Of a stretch of DNA of 64,000 nt, positions 22,001-34,959 are shown piece after piece. Position numbers and translations under genes: made by a program. How positions within the stretch are numbered: position 1 is the stretch's first letter; the number at the start of each line of letters is the position of its first letter. This DNA comes from Trichoplax adhaerens. Its lineage: Eukaryota; Animalia; Placozoa. A model generated the notes under the pieces. The model saw only the letters and a list, made by a program, of their open reading frames with translations. It was not told the DNA's origin and did not search any database. The stretch lies in NCBI RefSeq assembly GCF_000150275.1, contig NW_002060950.1, positions 1,042,106-1,106,105 of the forward strand. The letters run 5' to 3'.

Positions 22001-25000
22001 AAAATGAGTATACCAGTAAATTGTTTTCTTTATCCATAACATAGAGGAGAGGATTATTATTATCCTCGAATTGGCAATCGTAAATTGGTTTTAATGAGGG
22101 ATTAACCACGGATGGGATGTTGAAGAAATCCCAAACTTTGAGAGTTTCATCATCTGAACCTGTGACAACTTTACTACCATCGCGAGAGAAAGCTACAGAA
22201 TTGACGTGATCACAATGTCCAAAGCAAGTTGTAACGAGTTTGGATTGCTGCAAATCCCATATCTAGAATATGAATGAGGTGAGAAATGTTAGCGTAGACA
22301 TACATGCATCTAGTAATAGCTAATGCGCGACATTTTCGAGAAGGGTTTAAATAATTATATAAACTATATTGTGCTTGATCTTGATTTGTAAACTACTTAT
22401 TACAGAGATTGCTTAAGCGGTATTATGCAGTGCTCTGCTGCTTAAGATAAGATAGATAAGGAAGTAGATAAGACGAATTAAAGTTAATTGAATAGATAAG
22501 AAAATTCTCTGCGTGCTAATTGTATTTTATAGCTACAGAACCAAATGTTTCTCTATTAGATTTTCAATCTTTGGTTTGTTTCTAATTCATGAATATCTCA
22601 ATAAGCATCTCTTAGTTTTTCTAGGATCTACAGAGTAAGATGAATTAATCCATGAACTACTAAAATTTTTATCGTTATCTATGATGAATCAAATTATGAG
22701 TGTATTGTATATGCAGAAAGACTTCTTCCTTTGGTCTGTTATGTCGACATTTTGCTAAATTATACTAGCCTTCTGGGTTTGTATTAGATAGGCAAGCCTA
22801 AAATAGGCTTTATCATTAAGAGTGATAATGTAACTCTAACTCAAGCGGATCGCTTGGGCATCTTTGTGGATCTATCTAATAACCCTTTAACTCAGCTACC
22901 GTCTAATATGGCTCTTGCTACTCATTTTAAATAAAACATACAAATATATATACAACCTTACGTGACAAAAATCTTTCTCCAGCTAAAATAGCCTATCAAT
23001 GTTGCCTTACCTGCACATCATTTGCTATGCAAACGGCACAATATCGATCTTGTGATATTTCTAACGAATTGGCCAACTCTGACATTGGGATCTTTTTATG
23101 CACCGTTCCGTCTTCAACTTTTATGATATAAAGATAACTCAAACAGGAACATAATATCTGACTATCATCACGTAGGAAATGACATGAAAGTGGACCCCAC
23201 AATGGCATTTCGGATTGATAAATGATTGATTGATTTACAGAGTAGGTTATTAGATCCCATACCTGACGGAAAATGTCGTGTTTGAAAGTACTCCTGTTAG
23301 TATATTTCTGCGAAAACTGAATTGGTGATACTTTTATCGAAGGCTAAAGTACGTAATTAGTGAAGGCGCAATGATGCTAAAAAATTATTTTGGTATTAGA
23401 AAACTACCTTTACATATCCATCTTCGCCACATGAGACCAAAAGGCTTCCTGAAGATGAGAAACGACAGTGTTTAATTTTTCCATTATGCCCGTGCATGGT
23501 GGCTAGATGGTGGCCAGTTTTAGCTAACCAAATCTGTAAAGGATTATTAAAAGAGTCAGAAAGAAAGTTAGGGTTATTACTGTAATTAATGTCGACCTTT
23601 GCCGCTTTATCCCTTTAAGTAGTATTATAAGAAATATTTCTAATGTAATGAAAATAAATACAATGGATTACCATGATAAACGTTGAGCATGAAGCTATCT
23701 TTTGGCCAATACAGTCTATATGACACCAATAAACCGGTTCATGATGGTCTATATAATTTATACTTACTGATTGAGAATGAATATCCCAAATCTTATAAAA
23801 GAAGACATGAAATTAGCCGTTTAATAAAGCGACCAATGGCATCAAAAGGTAAGTTAATCATGGCAGTGTGCCTCGATAAAGTTTTTGAATTCACAAGTTA
23901 CAAAATTTTATGCGCTAGCAAGTATTCGTCGCAGTTCACTGCATAGAATAAATAATCTAAGCTACTCTAGCTGTATTAACCAGGAACGAAGTAGATAGAC
24001 TTAAATCTTTACTGGCATTATTGCATTAGAATATCTAGAACATGTTCTATTTGCCATGACAGACTTTTATGTAATACTAGTAGACATGGAGGGGAAATGT
24101 ATTAATGCGATGATTGATATCGTCATTTTTAAAGCTTCAATACTGGGAATTTATGGCAAGTTTTATATTATTAGTTTATATACTTTAATTATTACATGGT
24201 ATGAGTAATCTAAACTACTTAAGTAGCACTAAAAGGAATAAAACAGATAGACATACCGTTCTTACTAGCACTTGTACATCAGAATATCTAAAATATGTTA
24301 TGTATACCCTGATAACCTTTTATGTTATATTGGTAATCAACGTTATGGAAATGTATTAATCCAATGATTGATATTATCACCTTCAAGGTTAAATATCGGG
24401 ATATTGTTACAAATTTTATGTTGCTAATCAGTATCTGTTGCATTCATTGTATTGTGTGAATAAATTTAAGCTATTAGAATGCAATAAGAGCGGATTGCTT
24501 TTATCTAAGATTCTTATTATGACTTTTGTAGCATATCGAGAATACATGACTTATTTAGTCCTAATAATTGCGGTGGATGTTATTTAATCTTGCTATCAAA
24601 GCTGTATTATAGGAATGGAATGATTTTGTTTATGATGCTAGGAACGAGCTAGCATATAGGTTAACTATTGCGGTATATCTATATTTTCAACTCCTGTACA
24701 TAAGTTTTATCTATAGTATATCTCGTAAAAATTTCTAGATATAAACTATGATATACCGATAAATACTGTACGGTATTTGAGAAGGTCTTCCAACTTGATT
24801 TTTTTAGAAATAATGAATGTATTGAATTAGATTAAACTAATTGCTAATAGCAGCTATATTGTAACCTTGACAGTTTCATCTAGTGAACTTGTTATAAGGC
24901 TATTTTCATCGGGCGATATCAGCATAGCAGTTATGCTATCAACATGACCATTTAAAGAGGCTTCCAAAGTTGCATTGTCGCAATTCCAAATCTATTAATT

Positions 25001-28000
25001 CAAGTTGAATTATGTTCGGCATTTAAAAAGTTATCAGGATTCAAACTTGTACTAGATATTGGACTAATCATATATGTAACCTTTATATCACCATTGTCCA
25101 GACCAGCTAGAGCATACTGATCGTGGTTGGAAAAGTGGCAAGCTGTTATACTTTGGTTATGAGTCTTGACGGATAATTGCCACGCATTAAGTCGATAGTG
25201 ATGCTGATTACTGCCAATAATTAGTATACAAATTTCATCTATGAGATAACTACAGAACGTTCTTAACACCAAATCATAATTACCGACTATGAACAAATGT
25301 TCATCCAATATACTGTAAATGCGATGCAAATAATAACTAGTTAATGTCCTTCCGCTTCGCTGATAGAGATATCTTAGTTAACCTCCAAATTTTAATGTCA
25401 TATTATTTAATAGATTAATATATATTTAGAGACAGTATATATATGATATGTATTCTTTATACGGCGATGAATCGAGTAATACTTTTGATGCGAAACTAGT
25501 TTAATAAAGTTGTGCTCGTACATTAAAGTATCTATAGCTACTAGCTATAAATGCATTTCTAAAACTACAAATTTTACAAGAATCACATCCCTACGAGAAT
25601 ATAGTAAATGATCATATACCAGGCAGCTTTCTTAGCTAAGATTATCTAATGAGTATGGTACAATATACGTTAAATAAATAGTTTAAGAGCTAGACTTATC
25701 TAAACTGATTGCAATGGTTGTGTTTAATGTCAAGGCCGATCAATTTCCCCCTCCTTTAATTCTATTGAAAGAATGCAAAGTCTTTGTACTTACTTTTATG
25801 AACTGATTATGATCCTATACTCAAATTATATTATCGATCCAGGCTTGACATAATAAATACTAACCGATCCCTAACGCCTAATTATTTGGCTCATTCTGGC
25901 TCAATTGTTAAATAAAACAAATACTACTTACTATATTTCCTACTACTAAATGATCATTTCCTGGGAATAAACTATTCTTTAACTTTGATCCTCAATTACT
26001 TCATTGGTCTTGGTATATACTGACTAAATTTAAGATGAATTTTTCTACCTCTAGATTTTAATTTCTAAGTAATAGCGAGCTAGAAACATGAGGTATCAGT
26101 AAAAATTTCTCTAACCGAAGCAGTTTCATTCTCTTTTCTGAATTGGCCATAAAATTATCAAGTGTGAACGTTATCAAATTGTTTTATACCCATATTTGTA
26201 AATTGGATATTATACGATTGAACAGATTTACGTAAATCTTTCCACTGGATTTAGCTTATTATTCTAAGTCTATATTTCTAAATTATCTATCTATTATAAC
26301 TTTTAATTGATGAATTTTTCCAAAAAAATCTTACTATTTTAAATAACTTACCACCATTGGAACTGTACTGGATGTTCATTTTGCCGTTGAGCGATCTGAA
26401 GAGCTTCATCGACTATTGATGGTTGCTGACATCGATTTAGTATTAATTGGATTATATCTAAGTGCTTATTACCGGTAATAATATCGGTATTCTCTTTTAT
26501 TAAGTCATAATATTGCTGGATTTGATACCACTCCTACGAATCATAAATAATTATTCCTAAGGAAAATGCTCTAAGTAGATCGTGATTAATAATACATTTA
26601 TTACAGTTAGAAAAGCTAAGTATCTCATAGATCATTTTCTCGAAAAAGGTAGTTCATTTATCTACATATGATACACTATTTAATTTCTATAGACTTTATT
26701 AGTAACATAGATAGAAAAGAATACCAAAGAGATCATTCTATAGAATAATAAAGATTATTTAAAGAAGAAGTTAGATATTTTCATACATCGTTTTGACGAA
26801 TAAAAGTAATTCATCTTGTAAAGGATACTCTATTCAGTATCTATACTAGTCATTATTATCTATGGGTAGATATGGATACCGAAGAGATCATTTCATAAGA
26901 TGGTAAAGATTATCTAAGAAAGAGACCAGATATCTCATAGATTATTTTATACAAGAAGGTAATGCATCTTGCTAAACTAGTTATTTCCAAGGAATAAAAC
27001 TCATTGCGCTAAGTAGATATTGCATCTAACACAATCTTTACTAATAGACTATTTCTATTGATAAAAATAGATATCAAGTAGATATTTTGAAAGAATATTA
27101 TTATATTCTGAAGTCAGAATCTCCATTCAATAGTAAACCTTTAATATGGTATTATCCAATGATAGGAATAAATATCAACAGATAAATTCGTAAATTTGAT
27201 TAATTTTGCGAGGTACGATAATCAATTTAGTGTAAATTATTAAAACCAATCCAATAAAATAGGAACAGGAATCAATCGATTATTTTATAAAATAATTCAG
27301 TTTGTCTCACCTTATCTTTGAATGTCTTTTGCACTAGCATGTAATCGTTTAATAAATTAGATAATTTATTGTGATCAAGTTTTGATTGGAGCCATAATGG
27401 ATCAGTTAGTAGCTGACAAACGATGTCCAATCTCTTGGCATGGATTAAATGATGAACAAGATGTGCATAAATATAGCCATCATCATCAAGTAGATGCCAC
27501 TGGTTGTTGCATAACGCACTGTATCGGTCAATTAATCGATTATGTATAGCGGATAAGTTAGGGTGGGTTTCTTTCAAGTAGAACATTAACAAATTGTGAA
27601 TAATATAGCTAGAGTAGAGAATAAATGAAGAATAAAGTGAAGTTTAGATATCTTATAGTATTGTGCCGTATTATCATATATACGAGCAACTATGCAATAA
27701 CTGCACGGAGCATATCGTTTTAAATTATAATCATGACGGTTAGAATGATGATAAGATTTAAATCAATTCTTGTTTGAGTAATATAAACCTTTTATGATTA
27801 TCATCGCGTTTAAATGTTAAAGCCAACGATTTTGCTACAAATTCTTCCATTTTATCTTCCACTAACTCAATATCTTGATTCCATAATAGATTTAAGACAC
27901 GACTTGGAATATGAATATCGTTTTCAAACACAGCCAAATCATAGTAATATGATTGTAGATCAGCATCCAAGCTATCGATACTGATTCGAATAGCCTCTTC

Positions 28001-31000
28001 TAATTGATGGCTATGATGAATAGATTGATAGATTAGACGGAGATGATTTGGAGTTGAATTTGTTAATAGTGAAATATAGTAGTCCCAGCGATGAGGGTTC
28101 TTTGAAAGCAACGATGCGAAAATAGATATAGCCAAGGGTAAGCCTTTGCATTTAGAAATTAAACTATTAGCCTGAGATGGCAGTTCTATAGAAGGAATTC
28201 CAATCCAAGAAGAAAGAACGGCTTTGGCTTCTGCGATATGAAAGCCTGGCTATCCGTTGTTGTTTAAAATATGCCGCCAGCAATATAAACATGAGAATAA
28301 GCTACCATTAATTATCAATTATGTGCACTTTTCATAACTACATATCAACATTTTTCATGACTATTAACAACGTATGTTTTTTTAATGATCAGATGGCGAA
28401 ATCGAAATTATAGTTTGGAATAATTTGATAGAAATCCAGAAAAGCTCTTGCTTTATATAAATTAGCTTATAGTTATCATCCTGTTAGATGCTGAGCGCCG
28501 ATATTTATTCCAAACAGGACACGCAGTATAACGACGTTTCTAGTTTAGAAATGAATTTTTAATATAAATCGTGTCCAGCATGAAATACTGTTGACGTAGA
28601 CTATGATTGCATGCCAAAGTATGGTCAAAGTATAGCTTATTCGTATGAACAAAAGTCTGTATGTTCATTAAAAAATTTAAACAGGAACCGAAACTCTGAT
28701 AGAGGTAACCTTATAGCAGTGAGCAAGAACTCCAACCAATCCTGGTGAGTTTTTAGAAGTGCAAGTGGTACTACTGGGTGTGTGCATTTATAAGTTAGCT
28801 CGAAAGCTCTCTAACTGCGATCGAGATATCTAAATGCGTGAACATTTTCCAAAATTTTACATGTACATGTTAAAAATTATTTGATAAGGTGATAACAATA
28901 GCTCAATCATACCTAGTATGTTTTTATAAGTATAAGTACAGTCGCTAGTTACCTACAGTATAATTGCGTAATAGCTGAAAACTCAAATTGCAATAAAGTC
29001 ATTCAGCAATGAATAAGAGAGATGTCTCATGCAATGTTTACTACATTTTTGTAGGTATGTATTACAATACTATATGCACTTGGCAATAAGCAGGAAGATT
29101 CTAACTACTATACGCGTATAAGGACTTATAATAATAAATGAGAAATAACGATATATATGGCATCTACTACATTGTAGTAAGTATAGGTAGAATTGTTCGA
29201 TTAATCTTGGCGTATTGACTTGCAAAGGTGGTTGCTAATCGCAGAATGTCATATATGATAGTAAACAAACAACCAGTATCAACTTTATATTTATTGATAA
29301 TACTATTCAAGCTATCAATTAAATTGAATTCTTACCTCAATCTGTAGTATGTTGCAGGGAGAATTAATTCTCTTTGCAGTAGTACTATCTCGTGTTGTTG
29401 CTAAGGTACGGCATTTGAGATCTAGGTAACTGATTAATTTACTGTCCCAAATATTATCCAAGATTAAGATCATTCTTGGATGCTGTTCATCTATCAATTA
29501 AAATGAAAACGAGGATCATTCTGCTTATGCCAAGTATATGTTAATTAATTATGTATCATAAGGCTATGCAAGGTGATGTGCCATTTCAATTTCAATTTGG
29601 TATAAAATTAAAGTAGTATCTATCCTTATAAAACAGTTTAAAGAAATTTGTAGCGTCCACTATAATTGCTTGAAAATTATTACCAGCTAAATAATTAAGA
29701 CACTAATGATAATATTTTAATCTATGAGTAAATACTATACAATGCTATAGAAACGACCCATAATATAAATAATTTATATCTATGGGTTGATTTAGCCTAC
29801 ATATTAGACGACGAAGGTGATCTCGAACTCCATCTAAGGTATTTGGCAGCCGTGATTGTTTGCAATCTAGCAGCATGCATAAATCTTGCAATCGTGCTAG
29901 TAGTTCGTTCGATGATAGCCGACCTAGGTGTTAAATTGATCATTAGATTTGGCTATATGCTGTGAACATAGACATCAAGGTATATCTCTATATCTCCGTC
30001 AATATATCAACATTCATGAAAATAACAGCATACTTTAATCCTTAAATTGTCCTAATAATCTTACGATATATAGCAATTAGATTAATGTGGCATAGATCTG
30101 ATCTCATGCTTATAATTAATTTTCGAGTATCACGCTATCGTTCTTCTATAATTGTTGCTTAATAATTATGAGCGAATTTAAATCTAGATGTAATTGTAAG
30201 TTTTTCTTTAAACTATTTCAATAATTTTGTGGTATCCTTATAGCTATTAAAATAGATTAAGCTTTCTTAATTCCAATCTCTTACTTATTTATTATTTGTT
30301 TTTGATATTATACTGTTGGTATTTGTAATCTTTGCGTAATAACAGTAATATGTGAGAGTTTAAGCAATGCAATTTTTAATCAATTTTGAGTCGCAAAATG
30401 GTAATAGAATCTAATCTTACCTCATTACTAGCAGCAAGGGTATATGAAATATGAAAATTAAATAAGGCATTGGAAATACAAAATTATATCTGTGAAGAAT
30501 TTTGATCTATTTATTACCAGTAATGGATTAAGATAAATAAGCGTGAACTAGATTGTTCTATTGTAGGTTTTAGAGCTACTGAAAATTCTTTACTAGCTAT
30601 CACGGCTACTTAAGATTAAAAATCCAGCGTGATAATAAAAATGTAGAAATCTTAGTTAATTAATAAAGCTAGAGCTATCAGAATTTAGTCTACTTTTTTT
30701 AGCAGATATTGACCTACTTGAAATCTAAAATCTAAAATGTCTATAGAAGTATTCTGCTGCCTGGTAGTTGCCCTACTTATCCAATTTGGTAGCGTAATAA
30801 ACACGTAGAAATCTTAGCTAATCTTTAAACTTTAACCATCAGGATCTAGCTTAAGTATATATTATACGATACTAACTGAAATATAAAGTGCAATATGACT
30901 ATGGAAGTACTATACTGCCCGAAGTTAGCCTATTCATCTATTTTAGTAGTTTAACAAAAGTGCAGGAATCTTAGTTAATCTGTAAAGATTAAGCCATCAG

Positions 31001-32112
31001 GATCTAGCCTGTGTTTTTATGGATATTGAGCTAATTGAAACTTAAAATTTAGTACGGCTATGGAAGTGTTATACTGCCTTTTAGCTAACCTATTTGTCTA
31101 ATTTATTAGTATAAGCCATAGCACTTATCCATTTTACTTATTATATCTCTATTTGAAACTTCAATCTGACATGACAGTAAATAAATATAGAGAAATACGT
31201 TTGGAATAATTTTAGCCTACTATTAAGTAATACGATTCAAGGTTGATCAAACTAATCATTTTATATTTATTAGAGCCGTCAGAGTCAATCATATTTACTA
31301 TTACGGCATAGTTATTGCTTATCATTTTTGATACTGCAAAATCTTTGAAAATTAATACTATTTCTGTGCAATGATTGAAATTTTAAATTCATCATGACAT
31401 AGCTTAGGATTGGCTTAAAATAATTCTATAAACAATTTTACCTAATGTTAGCCAGGTTATACCACCAGGAAAGACTTGCTCTATTAGCTGGCCTTCTCTT
31501 ACAATTCGGCTAGCCAAAACAGTTTTCCCACACCCTGCCATGCCAACAAGAATAACCCAACCACATTGATCTCTTAATTGGTTTAATTGAGCTCTAATTT
31601 GATCTTGCATAGCAATTCGTTGAACAAAGTGAGACGGTAAATCAGGTACACCTCCATGAACTACCAGCTCTTCTATTCAATATAGAATATCGAAGGATTA
31701 ATCGTGTTTATCCTGTCTACCTTCCAGTAGACAGTGACATTTAATTTGCAGAGTAGAAAAGAATCTTCTCTATACGTTTACCTTTATCATTTCTCGGCAT
31801 AGATTGAGTGATTGCTGTTGATAGCCCAGAATCGGCATGAGATTGGGAAAATATTCCAGCAAGATGAGGAGTTGTTTGATTGAGGGCATGGCGAAATTGT
31901 TCAAATGCATAACTATCGCTATTACTGATGTTATTTAATATTAAATTGTTCTTATCCCAATTAGTCGTTTGCCCTCGCATCTTTTGATATTTCTCTGAAG
32001 TCAAGACCCCTCGTGAATATAAAATATCACCCACTCTATCCGCATTCATATCCGTTTTAATTTCTTTCCAATATTTTCGCAATAAGTAGCGATCATTTTC
32101 ATTGCTTGACAT
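19033..32112 (-). CDS. APAF1: Apoptotic protease-activating factor 1 (CARD + NB-ARC + helical domains + WD40 propellers), 18 coding exons, about 1199 aa
   Basis: Exons 32112-31782, 31672-31442, 29923-29801, 29490-29336, 28249-27789, 27608-27311, 26533-26352, 25210-25081, 24991-24866, 23533-23408, 23262-23011, 22262-22014, 21886-21761, 21500-21363, 20800-20675, 20525-20400, 19700-19578, 19329-19033. All are GT-AG and total 3600 nt in frame. Start context ACCACCATG; CARD; GGVPDLP; GMAGCGKT; LILDNIWD; CKGLPLAI; WD40s; C-terminus DFRILVTIDWKGVLYII resembles the APAF1 end. Confidence 0.93.
24093..24480. repeat. Diverged intronic duplication (period about 255 bp) in APAF1
   Basis: ggaaatgtattaat.c.atgattgatat..tca occurs at 24093 and 24347 with continuing similarity. 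Confidence 0.65.
26620..26975. repeat. Diverged intronic tandem repeat (about 155 bp x2.5) in APAF1
   Basis: atacc.aagagatcatt...taaagattat.taa...agatat.tcata at about 26720 and 26876; tatctcataga also at 26621. Confidence 0.65.
30627..31110. repeat. Diverged intronic tandem repeat (about 160 bp x3) in APAF1 intron 2
   Basis: aatcttag.taat...atcag.at.tag...ctat.gaagt...ctgcc recurs from about 30647, 30810 and 30967. Confidence 0.75.
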
Positions 32113-34560
32113 GGTGGTCTATTCAATTCGAATAAACTACTTAGGATGAAAGAATACCTTCTGTTGTATGTTATACCTATCTGGTATTTTGCATGGAAAA
32201 ACAACTGTTTCATTTAAACTTTGGATGTGGATCAATATATAATCTACTCCATTTATTTACATGTTGTTCTTATTAGCTGATTTTTTTATAGCTTGTGGAA
32301 CCTCCATGGCATTAGTAAATCTCTGACGTCGAATAATATATAAATAAACAGAGTCTTTTAAATTTTATTGGCTATCCATGTTGCTAGTCTATCTATCAAT
32401 CATGACAGATATCCATAATATTAAAATACGTAGATTGCATAACACTATAGGTAAATAGAAGAGTGCGTCTTTAGTCATAATCATGTAATAGAAAGAGGTG
32501 TTGCTTATTGAATCAAAGTAAGATAGCGTATATATTTTTCGTCCGGCAGATTGCATAGTATCAAAGATGAATATCAGGTGCCTGTTGAACTATTACTATG
32601 TATCAGAAATATTTGTCTTGTCATATATAGTTAATATGCATGCTTCTCTATGAATTTGATTGCATAACTTGACAGGTAAAATAAGAGTATCTAATAAATT
32701 AATACTGCCGTAAAAAATGAATATCTACTTCGTCAAGTATATCCTATTGAAACGAGTAGGACTAGGTAGCTCTATATGCGTAGGCATGTATATGATAGCC
32801 TACTTAATTATTACTATGCATTTGTAGAAGTAGCCTGATTGTATGTCGCTATATATAAATATGAATATTTCTATTAACACTCACCATGCAGCCGAATATG
32901 TGCTTAAGTGCTTGATGAGTTAGACTGATACAATCTTCTGGAAGCAATCGAACTATATAATATCATACGTAAATAAGTAGAAAGCTGCCTACTGGTAGGT
33001 GGGCAACAGAAAATAGGTATCTCATTCATTAACTGTAGAACATTTGCATTTTATTGAAAGTACTCGAATTGCAGAGATTCGTTGATAAGTTTGAAAGTGT
33101 TTATTAATCATAATCGAGGAGTAGCGAAATTGGAGGTCAGTATTTAGTAGCTTTAATCTTCTCGGCGATAGCTTAGCTTGCAAAATAAATCAGCAGTTTT
33201 ACATCAGTAATGTAAAATTTTCAAGACTATATCAGCAATGGATATCGCGCCTATAATAGGCTTAGTACTGACATATGCTTTGTAGCAATTGAATTAAATC
33301 TTCTCTCGCTTAGTATTCCCGTTACATGCTGGATGAAAATAATAAATACGGTAAATTAAATAGCTTTAGGGTAACAGAAGGCTGATTTGATGGTTTTGAA
33401 GCTCTCGGTAAATCAGTACCAGCAAATAGCCGAGCAGTGCTAGAATTGCAAATACTCAGGAATGATTCATCTGTCGTTAACGTTACAGCAGATTCTATTT
33501 CTAATTCACACTTTATGTTAATTCAACCGTGAAAAATTTGAACAACTTTCACTGTTGCCTAAATTCTTGACGTCTTCTATGTCACTTTTTCTTTATCACT
33601 TCTAGTAATGATCTGTCTAGAAATCATATCTAGTAAGATAATCTAGCTACGAATTTTCATTTAAAGTTTTACTTTGTGTAGGATTTATTCTCGTTCATTT
33701 GAATGAGAAATTTACTAGCTATCGTAAAATTTTATGAGATACATTTCATAGTGATATTATGGAAACACCTTGAAAAAGTGTAGCATGCATGGTATCTGCC
33801 ATAATATCTAGAGCTATGATACGATCAATCAATCAAAAGTATTAGTAAATGAGTAATTTTACTTTAGAGTTCATTTTAACCTGTCTTTTTTGGTAATAGA
33901 TATTAACAATTTTGACCATTCTAGTATGTAATATTTGTTTTTTTATTATTTTATCGGTTTAATCTACTGTCTTCGCAATAGCAGTTGATCAAATATCAAT
34001 TTCAAATGGATACATCGAAAAATTAGACTCAATGCCTTACCAACTAGCTAGAAGATGAATTTAATCCTATATTGTACTACACTTACTCGCATTAAAATAT
34101 TCATAGACAAGTTCCTTCGAATTGTCATCCATTTAACAAACTTGCTATTATCAATCATAAACTAATGTTGAAGTAGACTGCGCTAAGATTAAGAAAATAC
34201 AGTGCATGATCTAAATAACGAGAATCGCCAAGATTGCAAGCTTTAGATCCTATACCGTGGTCTATCTTGCTGATATAAAAGATAGGATTACAGCCAGCGG
34301 TAATTTCTAAGCTTATAGGTTATTACGATTCCATATTACCAGCGAACAAGATTCAATGCTGGCCAGGAGAATATCTAATCCTTATAAGGGTGTTCATTCT
34401 ACAATCGGGAGTTTTTATCGTAGATAAATCAGGACTAGTGCTTGTGTAATTTGTTAAATCTTGTTAAATGGTTCGAGCTATGTGTGGGATTTATAAGATA
34501 GGATTATGGATGGCGCAAATTGCTAGACTTGGTAAAGGCTACGACTTGATAGGTTGCTTT

Positions 34561-34959
34561 TTAATTTCGACGAAAAAATTCTGCATGAGATATAGTTCCA
34601 TCCTTATCATCATCGTATCGAAGAATATTCTCTTCAATCATTCGATTTAACTCATCCGTTGTTAGATTTCTAGAAAATTTGAAGGAATGCTGCATGCCAT
34701 GTAAGATTTCCAATCCATCTAATTTATTATCTTTATTGGTATCATGTAATTTAAAATAGTATAGCTTTTCCTTATCTGCAAGTTTTTCTATTTCCTCATC
34801 ATCCATATCGTCTAAATTTTTTATATCTTCCTTTAAGTGTTCAGGATCCATCATGAATTCTTCCATTTCTTCTAGGGTTGGTTCATTGGATGTCTTCATC
34901 GTTGTTGTTAATAATGAACCAATGTAAGCTAAAATAAGACCTGCTAAGATTATTTTCAT
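34561..34959 (-). CDS. MCFD2: MCFD2-like secretory-pathway two-EF-hand protein (132 aa, signal peptide)
   Basis: The first true ATG gives MKIILAGLILAYIGSLLTT (signal peptide); DPEHLKED; YYFKLHDTNKDNKLDGLEI (the MCFD2 hallmark YFKxHDxDxxxxLDGLE); second EF-hand DDDKDGTISHAEF. Confidence 0.85.
   Translation of the reverse strand: MKIILAGLILAYIGSLLTTTMKTSNEPTLEEMEEFMMDPEHLKEDIKNLDDMDDEEIEKLADKEKLYYFKLHDTNKDNKLDGLEILHGMQHSFKFSRNLTTDELNRMIEENILRYDDDKDGTISHAEFFRRN

Noticed and set aside
31713-31735. Short perfect hairpins (ctgtctac..gtagacag; also about 22794, 33249, 57218)
   Set aside because: 6-8 bp stems are expected by chance in 64 kb of AT-rich DNA, and bacterial-type terminators are not relevant here.
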